Positions 13,326 to 26,567 are shown, counted from the first letter of the stretch. The stretch: 64,000 nucleotides of DNA from Eledone cirrhosa (GCA_964016885.1 OZ024742.1:85126001-85190000); one strand, 5' to 3'. Made by a program: numbers and translations. Notes: a model not told the origin generated them from the letters alone.

Positions 13326-14137
13326 ATGATAAAGTTGTAAATACAGTGGGTGTAACGGAGACTGCAGCAACGTGTATAAATATATACTAATATTTAATAT
13401 GTAAGCATAAAACCATGCCAAAATATACATATTTTCGTATATTTCATCCAAACAACTACAAGTCAACATGCATTTTATATATATACTAGCAGTAAAGCCT
13501 GGCGTTGCTCGGGGCTGCTCAGTAGCTGTGTTAAAGTTGCAATGTTAAGTTCCTTTCTTGGTTTAAAAACTGTCGAGTCTACAGTGTAGACTTTCATGTG
13601 GTACTTTTGATTAATATTCCCTCAACCAACAGTATGCCTTATGAATTTAAGAAAACATAACCATAACCCGAATGTTAAAACAAAAGAGGATGCTGAGGAT
13701 AAAATCTGCACTGGTAATCTATTAACAAAGATCGAAACTGTAAACACTGCAACACTTGTGTTAGAGAAAAACATCAGCGTAACCAAACTATCAGTTATTT
13801 TGAAACAAATAAATTGGATGGACATGAAAAACCAAAAGAAAAATGCGTTATACGAAGTCGAGGGGGCAGGCAGCATCAAAGAGGTTCGCACCTGTGATAA
13901 AAAAAATATTGACAATGTAATAGCGTAGATGTTTAAGTATAAACTATGAAGAGCTCATAACATACCCATGGTGAGTTTGACGGGCATATTATAGACAGCC
14001 ACAGCATGCGAAATGGACAGCTGCAGCAAAAGCCATATTAAACAAAAAGAATAAAAGAATCGCTGAAATCAACAAAACACAAATGCTGCTTCCAGTGCAT
14101 CTTCACATGCAATTGAGAATGATGACGAAAGTTTACT

Positions 14138-17100
14138 TCAACGCACCAGAAATGGTGTTGTAGCGTGTTGTTGCGTAAGAGTTACCATAGGTATTAAAAC
14201 ATCTTCTTTTCCACACACCGACATAATCGTAGCATAAATAATGTGCTGTGAAATCCTATTGACAACAAGGCGTGTACCATTGCAAAGCTTGGGAGGGGTT
14301 ATTCCTGAGAAGTATAACTGGACATCCTTCCTTGAGAGACAATAAATGTTGAGGTAGACCGGGAATATCCAATGAATTGAGGAATTCAATGGGATAATTG
14401 AAGGCATCATGTGCATCAACATTGGTACCAATAGACTTATAATTCTTATCATTTCCAGGAAGATTTTCAAGCATTTGGCGATTAAAGGCGGAGACAATGA
14501 CGTTTGTAGGAGCTAATATAGCCTCTCACACAGCTATGTATGATTGCGGTAATTATCTGCCAAGTTGGGAAAAACGGCTGCCTTGAGATCTTCGACAGTG
14601 TTAACCAGACAACATATATTGTCGAGTGCAATGTCTCCATGCACATCTGAAAGTACTTTGCCGTCGCTAAGAATGAGAAGGTCTTCAGCAAATGTTTCAG
14701 ACACAGTATCGCCATGCACTTGAACACGCATATTAGTGGTCAGACCAAGTGTTATTACCTGTTGCCACAATGGAGAACTTGATCCGCTCTGGTGCCCTTT
14801 GGAATAACCGGCAAAGTTTGTCGAAAGTCCCCTGAAAGCAAAAGAGTTACACACCCCGTGGTCTCCTGACGGTTCTAATGTCTTTCAGTGTTCTTTCTAA
14901 GGCCTCAATAACTCCTTCGTGAGCCATGGTGCATTCATCCCACACAATCAGTTGGCACCGCCGTAGCAGTTCTGCTCTTGGACTATCCTTGGCGATGTCA
15001 CCGAGCGGTGTGTCAGCTGATACCAAGTTAAGCGGAAGCTTAAAGGTAGAGTGTGCTGTCCTGCCGCCAGGAAGTAGTGTTGCTGCAATACCGGATGATG
15101 CATCGGCTATTGCAATAACTTCATTCTGTCTAACGTTTGAAGGGTGTCTATCATGTATTGGAAAAGCGAAGATTTGCCAAAAGGCCTCACTATTACGTAT
15201 CTAGCGCCCTACTTGGAATTGCGTCTCTATTGTTTTCGTTGAGTATACCGAACGAAGCAGCGTCAGAACCCTTATTAACATACTTACATATGTATTTGAT
15301 ACACTTGACGGAGCTGCACAATTCAACATTAATGTGTGCGTTGAAAGTACTGAACAGGAGTGGGCAATAGGGAATGATCCATCGGTTGTCAACCTCGCCA
15401 TTCTTAACTCTTGCCGTAACGTCTCCCTCTTCACGTCGCCTATGTCAATATAATGGGTAGCCATCATTGCCAGTCTGAGTATCGCGAATTTTTAGTGCAT
15501 CTTGTATTGCTTGTAACGCATGGTAAATTAGTTCTAAAGCCAGGCCCACATGAACCATGAACCATATCTGCCCCAACTTTCATATACAAGTCCTCGTCAG
15601 TGGAAGGATCGGGTAATTCTGCAGATATGATCCTGTCATTGTCGTTTGGACTAACCTTTGTTGTCAGCCACATAAGAATATGAGCATGGGGAAGGCCCCT
15701 TTTTTGCCATTCGATTGTGTACATGTTACATTGAACTGGTCCGAAAACCTCACCTAATTTGATAATATTCATAAGCTTAAGTAACTTAAGACGGAATACT
15801 CTAGCCCCGAGATCATGACGGCGTGTGGCGTTCTGACCAGGAAGTGTTAGCCTTCAATCACCTTCCATTTGGGGTTACAAGTAAAAGTTATAAATAAGTC
15901 TGGCTTGCCGTAATGTCGTACAATAGTCATGGCGTCCTGCGTCCTTTCATGCATATATCGAGGGCTTCCCGTGAAGGTAGATGGCAGAATGAATACTACT
16001 TTTCCAAGACTCTCAGGATCCGCATCATTGTTCATTCCATCACGAAGGTGTATGTAACTGTCACAACGCAACTTTTTTCTGATTGAGTTTGATAAAACAC
16101 AATCTCTCAGATTCTATTTTTTCACATATGTCAGTTGCATATTGGTTGAAAAGGTCTTTAGATCAATGGAGATGACTAAAACAGTCATCTCAGATCAAGA
16201 ATCGGAATGCATAGAAGTCCTTGCATGAAATTTTTGGTAGCATGAACCTCTGAATTGGAAGATTTATATTGTGTAATGCAAAAATGGTATCCGTCCTCTC
16301 CATATACAAAAAGCAGCGGGTATTGGAGTGCGGCGTATGATCTGCGTTTCACTGATCCGTTGAAGTCCGTGGTCGCGATGCTTCATAACAATGTCACGTC
16401 TGTTTTGCTGATCACCGGCGAGAAGTATTGCAGCCTCATTGAAAGAAGGTGAATTATAGCGGCCTCCATGTTCTCCAGATGGCCGCTTTTCAGCATCAAT
16501 GACGACATAGTAATTGTCCACAAAAGCTGTTTCTAACGCGTATTTGAAGCTCTGAACGTATCTGTTATGAGTATGAAGCATGTCCTGAATTTCAAAAAGG
16601 TGTCAGAGGCAATTGAGTATTTCCTTGTTGCATGTGGACAGTCAATTGAGTTTTGAGTTTTTTTCTTTTGGGAAGGCAAATGTATTTCGCATTGTAGCTT
16701 GTTCAAGACAGTTGGCCATGAAGTAGACCTGAAGAAATTGGGGCTCTTTATTATCTACAGGCTCCAGCGATCCGATAAGAAGATAAACCTGACCTTGAAC
16801 TTTGAATATTGGCATAAATCCACCTTCATACTCATCAATCCAAAAGATGTTATTTGGAATGCACAATTGTAATGTCAAATATTCTGAAAGAAACCTCTTG
16901 AGAGTGAATGGGTGCATATAAGAAGAAGCCTCAATGGCTGTGGTGGATCCCTAGGAGGGTGCAAGTTGACCTTACCATTAATGCAGCACATTCCGGCTGG
17001 TTCACCCGGCCACTTTTTGGCTTTGCAAAACTGGCAAATTTCAGACATGCCGCCGATTTGAATATGAGGGTGTGTAGCATAATTATTACCGGGGACATAA

Positions 17101-18240
17101 TTGAAAGCCTTCAATAACCATTGTAATTTCGCAACCCTCGAAATGGCCCGTTTATTGGCTTTATACTGAAACAGGCTGCCCCACTCGAATAGTTTGGATA
17201 GCTGATGTCTCAGCTTCTCGCGCAGCTGCAGTAGCAGCCACGTCTCTGCTCTGACGAAGATCACGTTCAACATCATTCTCTGCAGCTCGCGCAGCTGCCT
17301 TAGCAGCCGCGTCTCTGTTATGATGAAGATCACGTTCAACATCATTCTCTGCAGCTCGCGCAGCTGCCTTAGCAGCCGCGTCTCTGTTATGATGAAGATC
17401 ACGTTCAACATCATTCTCTGCAGCTCCCGCAGCTGCCTTAGCAGCCGCGTCTCTGCTATGATGAAGATCACGTTCAACATCATTCTCTGCAGCTCCCGCA
17501 GCTGCCTTAGCAGCCGTGTCTCTGCTATGACGAAGATCACGTTCAACATCATTCTCTGCAGTTCCCGCAGCTGCCTTAGCAGCCGTGTCTCTGCTATGAT
17601 GAAGATCACGTTCAACATCATTCTCTGGAGCTCTCGCAGCTGCCGTAGCAGCCGCGTTGCTGCTCTGACGTAGATCACGTTCAACATCATTATCTGCAGC
17701 TCGCGTAGCTGCCGCAGGAGCCGCGTCTCTGCTCTGGCGAAGATCACGTTCAACACCATTCTCTCCAGCTCGCACAGCTGCCGTAGCACTCGCGTCTCTG
17801 CTCTGACGAAGTTTACGTTGAACATTACTCTCTGCAGCTCACGCAGCTGCCGTAGCAGCCGCGTCTCTGCTCTGACGAAGTTTACGTTGAAAATCATACT
17901 CTGCAGCTCGCGCAGCTGTTTTTGCCTTTGTATTTCTTGCAAGCCAAGTTTGACGTTCCTCTTTATTCACTGCAGCATGTGAGGATGCAGTTGAAGAAGC
18001 ATTTCTGGTACGTAGAAGTAAGCACTCGTCATCATTCTCAGTTGCATGTTAAGATACAATGGAAGCAGAATTTCTGGCCCGTCGACTGAAGCAATGCTCA
18101 TCCATAGACAGAGCTGTCGCATTCACTGAACACCCCACAATTTGAGGCTGTCTAATGCTCGACGACGCCTCAGTCAGCTTCCTTCTTTTTGCTATCTGAG
18201 ACCGCGTCAGTCGTAATAAGGCCATCTTCTTTTTAGGCAT
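14138..18240 (-). pseudogene. Disrupted Helitron Rep/PIF1-helicase (RepHel) ORF
   Basis: CQFCKAKKW..MCCINGKV, LPSTFTGSPRYM, YGKPDLFITFTCNPKW, IEWQKRGLPHAHIL (HUH), KYICKYVNKGSD, SSGIAATLLPGGRTAHSTFKLPL, IVWDECTM, PKLCNGTRL; many frameshifts. Confidence 0.93.
17219..17917 (-). repeat. 69-bp coding minisatellite (~10 units) in the RepHel N-terminus
   Basis: TCACGTTCAAC recurs at 17261, 17330, 17399, 17468 and onward; 23-aa unit VERDLHHSRDAAAKAAAGAAEND. Confidence 0.95.
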
Positions 18241-20083
18241 CAAGGTGGCGGTCACGATATGACAACGGAATCTGACAAATGTATCTTAAATATAAAACAA
18301 TGCGTAAAAATAGGTGTGGCGAATCGTTCAATTTTGCAAATCTTTTCGACTGATGAGAAATGCACCCACAATCCTAGAAAATGTCCTAGATGTATTATTT
18401 ACAAAGTCATCTTTACATGAACATGCAGGGTAACCAATAATGTTGGCACTGCCGTTCTTTAACTTTGTTATAATTCGGTGACAACAGTGATTCAAAGGAA
18501 ATTTAAACTTTTTAGAGAAATCAAAATTGCACATGAGGCATAACATCTATATATCAATAAAATCGGTTATGGTAATCAGGAGTTACTTGAAGCCGAACAT
18601 TAAAAAACATGGCAGCTTAAAAAATTGCTCGATCTCTTTTTATGTATCAGATTTTGAGTGCATTTCTTAACCGATTATAATTTTACTGAAGAAATGGATG
18701 CGAGATAGTTACGGCTACGGTAACAAATGTCTAAGTGTGAAAATCACTTGCATGGATACTGAGATAAAGCTGATTAAAGAGCCACTAAGGGTTTTTACGT
18801 CGCCCTGTATGTCGAGCCGAAATGCACAAAAATGGGGCATGGTGGAAATGATCTGACTTCTTATTTGGATTGAAATTACTCAGATTGACTTGAATTTGCT
18901 ATTCTAGTTTGAGCAAAACCTTTGTGCTGGCCAAGCATCAATAGTAATTAACTGTATACCTACTTTTGCACCTCCCGATTGGTATATACATGAATCCTAA
19001 AACAAACAATCCGTCCATATTTCCTTGTAGATAAAAGGAAATTAAAGTAAATTTAGCCTTATAAGACCGCATAATTAATTTAAGTAGAAGGCCTAACCGC
19101 CAACGCCATAGCAAAATCAAACAACAATTGAAAAATGAAAATAATCCAAACGTTTAATAGGGACGTTTAACTTACCAAGTAATGAGGTCGCTGACTTTTT
19201 AACGCTTTGTAGCATACTAAGGGAGTACAGCGCAAATGAAGCTACTAAACAAATCGAGCCAACAATTGAAACTCAATTTGAATGGGATCTACTTATACTG
19301 ACAAGTATCGAAATGTCTAATCGTCTGCAAATGGTGAAAATGTGTTATCCTCTGCGCGTTCCATTAAAGGGAAATAACTCGTCTTTCATCTCTATTTATA
19401 CATTTGAACTGAAAAATCAATACATTACAAATTCAATTTTTGCACTTGGCGTGGGTCGATTTGAAAATTATTTCGACCGATGTCTCCGCCGGACATTCAT
19501 CTATAAGTGTAGCAACTTCAGCGAAATATGAGCGTACGGTTTGGAGGAGATGTGTGCCGACCGTTTTAGTAGACAGACAGACAGGCAGACAGACAGCAGA
19601 CACCCTCACTTTTATATATATAGATATTGTTTGTATTTTGGTGACTGAATCTATGAGAATTTGCGTGTTTATAAGTCTTTTGGTTATTTCTGCAACTGTT
19701 TCTACCTGAGTAAATCATATTGCACGTAAGTTAGTAGTATATAGTTGAAGGCTATGTTTACCGGGTGACACTGCCACGTACTGGCCTGGTAATTCATTAC
19801 ACCATATATACGTTCTAATTATCGTTGGGAAAGCCATATATATCGATTATATGTCAGACAAACCACGATTTCAGCACTTCATACAAAAGACAAATTTGCA
19901 ATTTACTATAAACTTTTATTCCAAATTAACTTGCAATTTGATTAATGTATGCATGTATAGATGTATATAGTTCTGCATTTAAGTATTTATGTATTTATAT
20001 ATGTAGTTATATGGTCATATATATATATAAGTATGCCTACGTACACACACCTGCAAACACACACACACACACACACACACATG

Positions 20084-20135
<52 letters not shown>

Positions 20136-20157
20136 TACCTACATATATACATATGTA

Positions 20158-20445
20158 CGTGTGTGTTATAACGAACATTCGTTTCGTTTGCAAGCAAATG
20201 GCTCGATAAAGCTGTGATGTGCCGATGTCTATTTCAGAAGAAAACTAAATCTTTTCAACAGATTGGCAGAGAGGTATACAGTTGTAATAAAGGGTAATGA
20301 CACAGGCACATGTTGATTGTTCCTCGATGTCAGTGTTGAATAAACGGATGACGATTGGTCATCCATCCGCTCAGCACAGATTTGTCGGACCGTTTGCTTG
20401 GAAACGTATCGAATATTATTATTAATGTTCGATATAACCCACACG
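20158..20445. mobile_element. Tc1/mariner-type MITE with imperfect TIRs and TA flanks
   Basis: TA|CGTGTGTGTTATAACGAACATT...GCAAGCAAATGG versus reverse-complement CCGTTTGCTTGG...AATGTTCGATATAACCCACACG|TA. Confidence 0.6.
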
Positions 20446-20879
20446 TACATATGTATTAGTATATATATATATGTACCTATGCATACTTATACGCATCAAC
20501 TGTGCTACAACTAGAAATGCAATTCTAATCTTACATATATATATATACACAGACACTGATATTCACCCATCCAAGGATTCCTATCTATTTTACTTCCTGT
20601 TGTTTAAATCGGTGAATGAACCTCCCATAAACATATCGAATACAATTTCCCTCATTTCTCTTTCTGATCTTACTCTATTCTATTTTTGCTTTTATTTCTC
20701 ATTATATATATGTATCATGCTTAAGATAACATTTTTTATATATTTAGAACCTTTTCCCACTATATTAAGCGAAATCGTAAAATATATATATTAATTGTAC
20801 CGCGTCGTTTTGTCGCGGTTTATGGTATGGAGATACATAGGATATATCTAGGTTTCCATATGGTATGGAGATACATAGG

Positions 20880-23567
20880 ATATATCTAGGATTCCATTCC
20901 AGTCCCCCACTAAAAGCAAGAAGAGGGACGTTCCTAGAAAAGTCTCCAGACGTTTGAAGAAGTCTCGGCCGCGATGTTCCGGATGGGGCATACACGGCCA
21001 CCAGTCTGAAGGCTCCACCTTCACTACTACTAACGTCTAAGACCACCAGTCGAGCCTCGGGTTCCAGATGTACCGTCTGTGTCACGAGGTCCAGGAGTTT
21101 CTGCAGCAAAACGCGAACCTCACCTCCACCTCCTGGCTGACAGAAAGATGTGTAGATCTCAAAGTCCTCGAAGATGGGGGCCAGATGTAGCTCGCTGCGG
21201 ATCCTGGACTCGCAAATGACTGCCACATCCATACTGTGCGACCTGAGATCGTTTAAGAGTTTGCTCTGTTTCCAGGACATCCCCATGCTGCGTACATTCA
21301 CACATCCGACTCTTATATTGGTCATGTTGGTGAGGAAGAGTTAGAAAAGAAGAGGAAAGTATTCACTTACCTCCTCGCTTCCTGGAGACCAGACTGCACA
21401 ATGTCCATGGGGCTGTTGGAGGGGTTGTTTGGTAGGGTGGTGGTTTCTGGCGGAGTGGCCACGGAGATGTTTGGCGGGGAGGGCGTGTCATGTGGGGTGG
21501 GGTGTCTGGGGTGAGGGTGGGGAAACATTTCAAAAGGACGCGGTTATAGGGTTTCACGCAGGAATTACGCACGTCTTTAGGAAAGTTTTCTTTTAAAGAT
21601 TTGTATGTGTCTATGAGGAACCTAATTATTTTAAAATTAGGTCTTTCCAAACAGTACGAAGAAGTTTTCCCTGCGGTTTTCAAACGAAGAGTTGTTGGAG
21701 ATAACCTCCATTAGAATTTTGTTTTCAGTATTTATATATGTGTATGTGTAATGTTCTTGTTGTGTTGTGTTGGTTTTTGTTTGTTGTTCTTGTGTGTGTT
21801 TTCTTTTGGTTGTAGGTGTTTGTGTTTGGAGTGTTGTCGTTGTTTTGTTTTCAGGGGGGGGGGGTTGTGATGTCTGTGTTGTTCGTGATGGTGGTTTTGT
21901 GTTTGTTGACTTTTTGTTCGTGTTGTGTCTTTTTTTCTTTCTTTTGGCGCGGAGGAGTCCTCCCTTATCATCACTAGGTGATGATGAGGGAGAACCCCCT
22001 CCGTGGTGTCTGTGTGATTGGGGAGGGGTACGTTTTGGAGAGCTGTTATGCATGTCGGTGTTTTTTGAGTTGTTTAAGGTGGGGAGGGGTTGGGTGGGAC
22101 TGTGGTTATAAGTTATGTTTGTGTGTTGTTGTTGTTGTGGTGGTGATGGTTGTGCTGCTGTTTCAGGTGTTGGCAGCAGTGTTTTTTTCCGGGTAGTTGA
22201 TTGAGGACAGGAAGCCCTCAGGTGACCACAGATTAAACAGGGGTAACATGAAGGCCTCCTACCCTCAACAGAAATGTTTATAACGTAGACTGCGTCCAGA
22301 GGCACACGTTGTGGTATTTTAGCTATTCGTTCTGGCCTCATTTGGACCAGAACTTCCAGGCTAGTACCATTAAATATGTCCCAGGGGGACTTCTCTATTG
22401 AAATTAATGTGTCTTCATCGAAGTTGATGAAGCCACATAAAATCCACCAAAAATTTACGTTTGGTTGGATGCACGACACTCTTATTTTCTTTGTACTTTT
22501 TCCCATGTATGTGGGGGAAAAAGGTGAAAAGGTGGAACACAATTGGCGACACAGAATATTTTTGTGCGGTCAATTGGTCTTCCATGAGGACCAAATTGCT
22601 GGCAAAACATTTACCTTTTTGTATGAAGGTAATGTCCTTCATTGAGTCTTTTAACACCAGTTCGATTTCATTATGAGTTAATTGAACTGGTTTTCTTGTG
22701 GTATTAGATATTGTTCTAAAAACTAATGTTCTTAAAACATTTTCTCTGCGTAAATGGTGGGGGAAGTAATGCTGAAGGCACCATTCCCTCAAAAGTCACG
22801 TGTTCTTTTGCATCTTCCAATAACACTCTAGCATTAGTGATGTCGATTTGCGTGTAAATTTACCTTTCTTTGACTGTTTGTGCAAATGACGTTTTGCTGT
22901 TGTTGTCATTCTTGTTATTGTTGGTGTTGGTGTCGTCATTGTTGTTGTTGTTGTTCTTGTTCTTGTTCTTGTTGTCATTGTTGTTGTTATTGGTGTTGTT
23001 TTGGTTCGTGCCATTCACAGTTTTCATGTTATTGGTGCTGGTGTTGTTGTCAGCGCGTTTTTTAAACATAACGACGTGTTCAACGTCATTCAATGAGGTG
23101 GTGCGAGAAGATGCCTTCGAGTTTGGCACTCTTACCGCTCCTCCACCACTTCTGTCTAATTGTTGACTGACAGTTTTGATGTTGTTGTTGTTTTTGTTGT
23201 TGCTACTGTTGTTGTTGTTGTTGGTGGCTGTATTAGAGATAGCAGCAGGCAAGCAGCCTATGCCTGTCACTAGCACAGTGGAAGCTTGAATTAGCAGCCC
23301 ATCTCCACAATTTTCTAATTCATTTTTTGAGAAGACAAGGTCAAGACATTTAGCCATTTTGGCTATTTTCCAAATTTTAGTAGAAATGTCGTGGGATTTC
23401 TCCCTTTTTCGCCCTGATGGGTTTATTATTTGGGGTTGCTATCACCTACAATGTGTAGGGTGGCAGCATATCTACAGAATGGTGGAAAATGTAAGTTCAG
23501 TTCATGTAATTTCCAACGAAATTAAAGCTTTTACACACCAGCGCATTTTCCACGTGTGTTCATCTCA
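20880..23567 (-). mobile_element. Tx1/L1-clade LINE, 5' half only (ORF1 with zinc knuckle + start of ORF2 APE), disrupted
   Basis: ORF1 fragments RTISNTTRKPVQLT and VEGRRPSCYPCLICGHLRASC (CCHC); ORF2 MTNIRVGCVNVRSM..VICESR..FRLVAVYAP; homologous to 48407-54219. Confidence 0.88.
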
Positions 23568-23592
23568 GAGATAGAGAGATAGATAGATAGAC

Positions 23593-23668
23593 ATGTTTCT
23601 TTATTAGCCACAGAGACACAAAAGAAGGGGACAAATACAAAGGGGGAAGTTTACATACAATAAAAACG
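23593..23668 (-). mobile_element. Severely 5'-truncated 3' tail of the same Tx1-like family
   Basis: Minus strand TGTAAACTTCCCCCTTTGTATTTGTCCCCTTCTTTTGTG..AATAAAGAAACAT matches 54156-54219; (ATCT)n on both sides. Confidence 0.85.
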
Positions 23669-25064
23669 TAGATAGATAGATGGATGTGTATATTCATACA
23701 TCTATCAACACACACAAACAGCGACGCTCGTACACACATATATATCTTTATTTGACGTCATCATGAAATCATATTGAAAACATTTATTTTTTTCTAGTTA
23801 TTCGCATTCCATGTAAACAGTGCATACATGTTAAGGTTTGATAAGAAGGTTAAAGGAAATGACAAGGTAGATGATAATAGACAGAATTTTCTAAGGAAAA
23901 ATATTCTACTCAAAGTAAATTATATGACATTTGTTATTTATCTACAACATTGATGATTTCTGTTAGATCTAAATTAATTCACTCAATTAGAAACCGGTTC
24001 GAAATTGCTGGCAGGAAGATAGCTGTACACCTCACTAGTTCCCCGTTTAATCACGCTCTACGTATTGCATCCACGTGTCAGATTCCTCGCTTCCCTGATA
24101 CCCATTCACGCGGCGAGCTGGATGTCAGAGTGAAATCTTACGATATAGAGGGAATGTTCGGGAGGGGGAGAGGTAGTAGGATTTTTCTCCATGGCTTGCA
24201 TCAACTATCCGTGAAACTGATCAAGGTCCCGGACCAAGATGCCTGACCTGTAAGGAGCTATTAGGCGGTTCCTTTACCAAGTAAATAGTGTAGGCTAAAC
24301 TTAAAGCGAGTATCAAAATAACACATGAAAAAGACATGTGAAAAAGAATTACAGATACATTAACATACAATAAATTAGGTGTAGGCTGACTTAAGGTAAC
24401 TTAAATGAAACATCAGAGTAAGACACATGATGATGAATAAGAGATAAGTTCAAGTTAAAGATTGAATTAATTAGACTTTAATTATTAGAGTGTGCTCACA
24501 GTCGTACAGTATAATAGAAAAACATAGTATACAACAATATACGAGATAAAAAAATACCGGATAGAAAAAGAAAATAATTACATAAAACATAATAAAGGCA
24601 AGGAAAAAGAAAAGGTCCGTACAAGGTTATTGAAACGGATACAAATGTTTCCTAATATATAATGAGGAGTGGGAATATATATATGGCAAAATATGTAGAA
24701 TAACTTTAAGATAGAGGTTAGGATAGAGTTCAAAGTTTTTTGTAGAAAGCGTTCCGCTGGTCTGCCAATTTGTTTGCATCAGTGGAGTGGGGGAAGGTCT
24801 CTCCCATGATTGTTCTTATACCCATGGCTATTTGCTGGTTAAACTCCATAAAGTGTTTTCCGTGGTCAAGGGATATTGTTATCCTGTGTGCTCCATTAGT
24901 CTATAGGGATGGTTTCGATCCTCTGGTCAGCTCTGGTAATCAAAATGAACAGGACTTTTAAGTCCAGTCCGTTACTACGTGCCTTGTGATTCGAGCAGAG
25001 CATTTGAAGCCATAGCCTGTTTATTGCTTCAGCGAAGCGCTCAAGTTAAGAGGCGCATTTAATT

Positions 25065-25383
25065 AGAGTATGGGGTTAACCGAACAGAGATATGCGGAAC
25101 ATATTAATGTCTATCGGTTGAGAGGAAGATAAATAAAAGCACCCAACCACCTGCATAAATGGTGCAAGTCGGAGCATTATATATTATTAAAAGATCAGAG
25201 GCCATAATCATTTGTTTCAGGTTTATTTAAAACTCCGTTATACATATTTATTTCACTGAGGCCTATCTGTTATGTTAGACGGCAACACCGTTTATACAAG
25301 TCGTTGGGCGCTTCTTTTTATCTGCTTCACAACCGACAGACCATAAGGTGGTCCACACTCTTGTTCGGTTAACCTCATACTCT
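25065..25383. repeat. Diverged ~105-bp inverted repeat pair (25065-25170 / 25280-25383)
   Basis: AGAGTATGGGGTTAACCGAACA...ATAAATGGTG versus reverse complement CACCGTTTAT...TGTTCGGTTAACCTCATACTCT. Confidence 0.7.
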
Positions 25384-25423
25384 CTCTCACTCTTTCTCTC
25401 TGTCTGTGTATATATATATATAT

Positions 25424-26107
25424 GATCACTGATGAAGGACACACTTTTTTCATATGTAACCCATTTGCAACTCCGCAGCGCCCTTATTTTCATATTTACA
25501 CATATTTTTTTCCTCTGCTGCTACATGTCTTTTTCGTTCTATGTATCTTTACCCCTTCTAGCAGTCTCTCTCGCTCTCTCTGTTAGCCTCTTCCTCACCC
25601 TTCACTCACTCATTCTCTGTCACTACCTCTCCTCCTCCTCTTTCTTCCCGTTTGACCTGTGTGTAATTCTTTTCTCCCGCACGCTGGCCAAGCTGTTATG
25701 AATTTTTTCTCTCTCTCGTCTACGATTTCACAGAACTTATGTTTACTGAATTCGCAGACCAGACCTCTTATTCCTCCCGTTAGACCTGTGCGAAATTCCT
25801 TCCTTGCTCACATTTCAACCAGGTTAGATGGTCTTTATTCTCTCGTTCATGATTTCACCGAATTTAAATTCATAGAAATCTGGGACTTGTCTCTTTCTTC
25901 CTCACTTTATGTTGCTTCACCATTCAGTTTCTTACCCTCGCGTCCCCTTTATTTACGTGTCCCAACGTCTTTTTTTAGCCGTTGCTCGCACCAACCGTAG
26001 GTATATGGTCTTTAAAGCGATGAAATGCCTATGATGGTTGGAAGATCACTGATGAAGGGCAAACTTTTTTCATATGTTACCCATTTGCAACTCCGCAGCG
26101 CCCTTAT

Positions 26108-26115
<8 letters not shown>
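25424..26115 (+). mobile_element. 620-bp-unit non-coding element with 72-bp terminal direct repeats, between (TA)n tracts
   Basis: GATCACTGATGAAGG...CCCTTATTTTCATAT at 25424-25495 and 26044-26115. Confidence 0.75.
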
Positions 26116-26156
<41 letters not shown>

Positions 26157-26567
26157 TAGAGGTTATCACATACATAAAATTAAATTAAATTAAATCAAGG
26201 ATACATATATGTGTTGCAACTGTTCACTTTTAAGCTCAATGAAGAATTAATAAATTAAAATCAAAAAATCAGAGCATTATATCATAACTCATGTCTATAG
26301 AGTTAATCAGATATTAAAATATATACCATTTCTTCTTCTAATCAGCATAATTAACCATATACATAATCAAATCTAGCAAGCTTTAAGAATAAATTTTCTA
26401 ACGGAGAAATCTCCGACAAATAACTGACCGCAGCTAGTTCGCGTTAACTCCGTTCACCATTTATCAAACACTTCGGCAGCATGCAGTATCCGATCAAATA
26501 CACCGTCAACCGCACGTAATTAGTAGTAAAATTAAACTTAGAAGAAATGCGCACATACCGTAATTAT

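Larger units (their letters stand above)
13486..19624 (-). mobile_element. Helitron rolling-circle transposon with both termini, internally deleted
   Basis: Minus strand 5' A|TCTATATATATAAAA followed by (CTGT)n; 3' GC-rich imperfect hairpin then CTAG|T; inserted between A and T; contains RepHel fragments. Confidence 0.92.

Noticed and set aside
17219-17917. CRISPR-like array, or hammerheads from the repeated CTGACGA
   Set aside because: Units are contiguous with no unique spacers, the context is eukaryotic, and there is no GAAA/stem architecture
16875-17942. 355-aa ORF as a novel repeat protein gene
   Set aside because: It lies inside the decayed Helitron RepHel and is open because of the 69-bp minisatellite
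22880-23230. Cys-rich or Asn-rich small proteins
   Set aside because: Products of an (AAC)n microsatellite within Tx1 ORF1
24730-25010. Possible minus-strand coding fragment
   Set aside because: Interrupted by stops and no recognisable motif
26020-26060. Type II hammerhead, SECIS or C/D-box reading of GAAA..TGAT..ATCA-CTGATGA
   Set aside because: Stems II and III do not pair, the helix is too short for a SECIS, and the C-box match is not conserved at 10209; kept only as a conserved module
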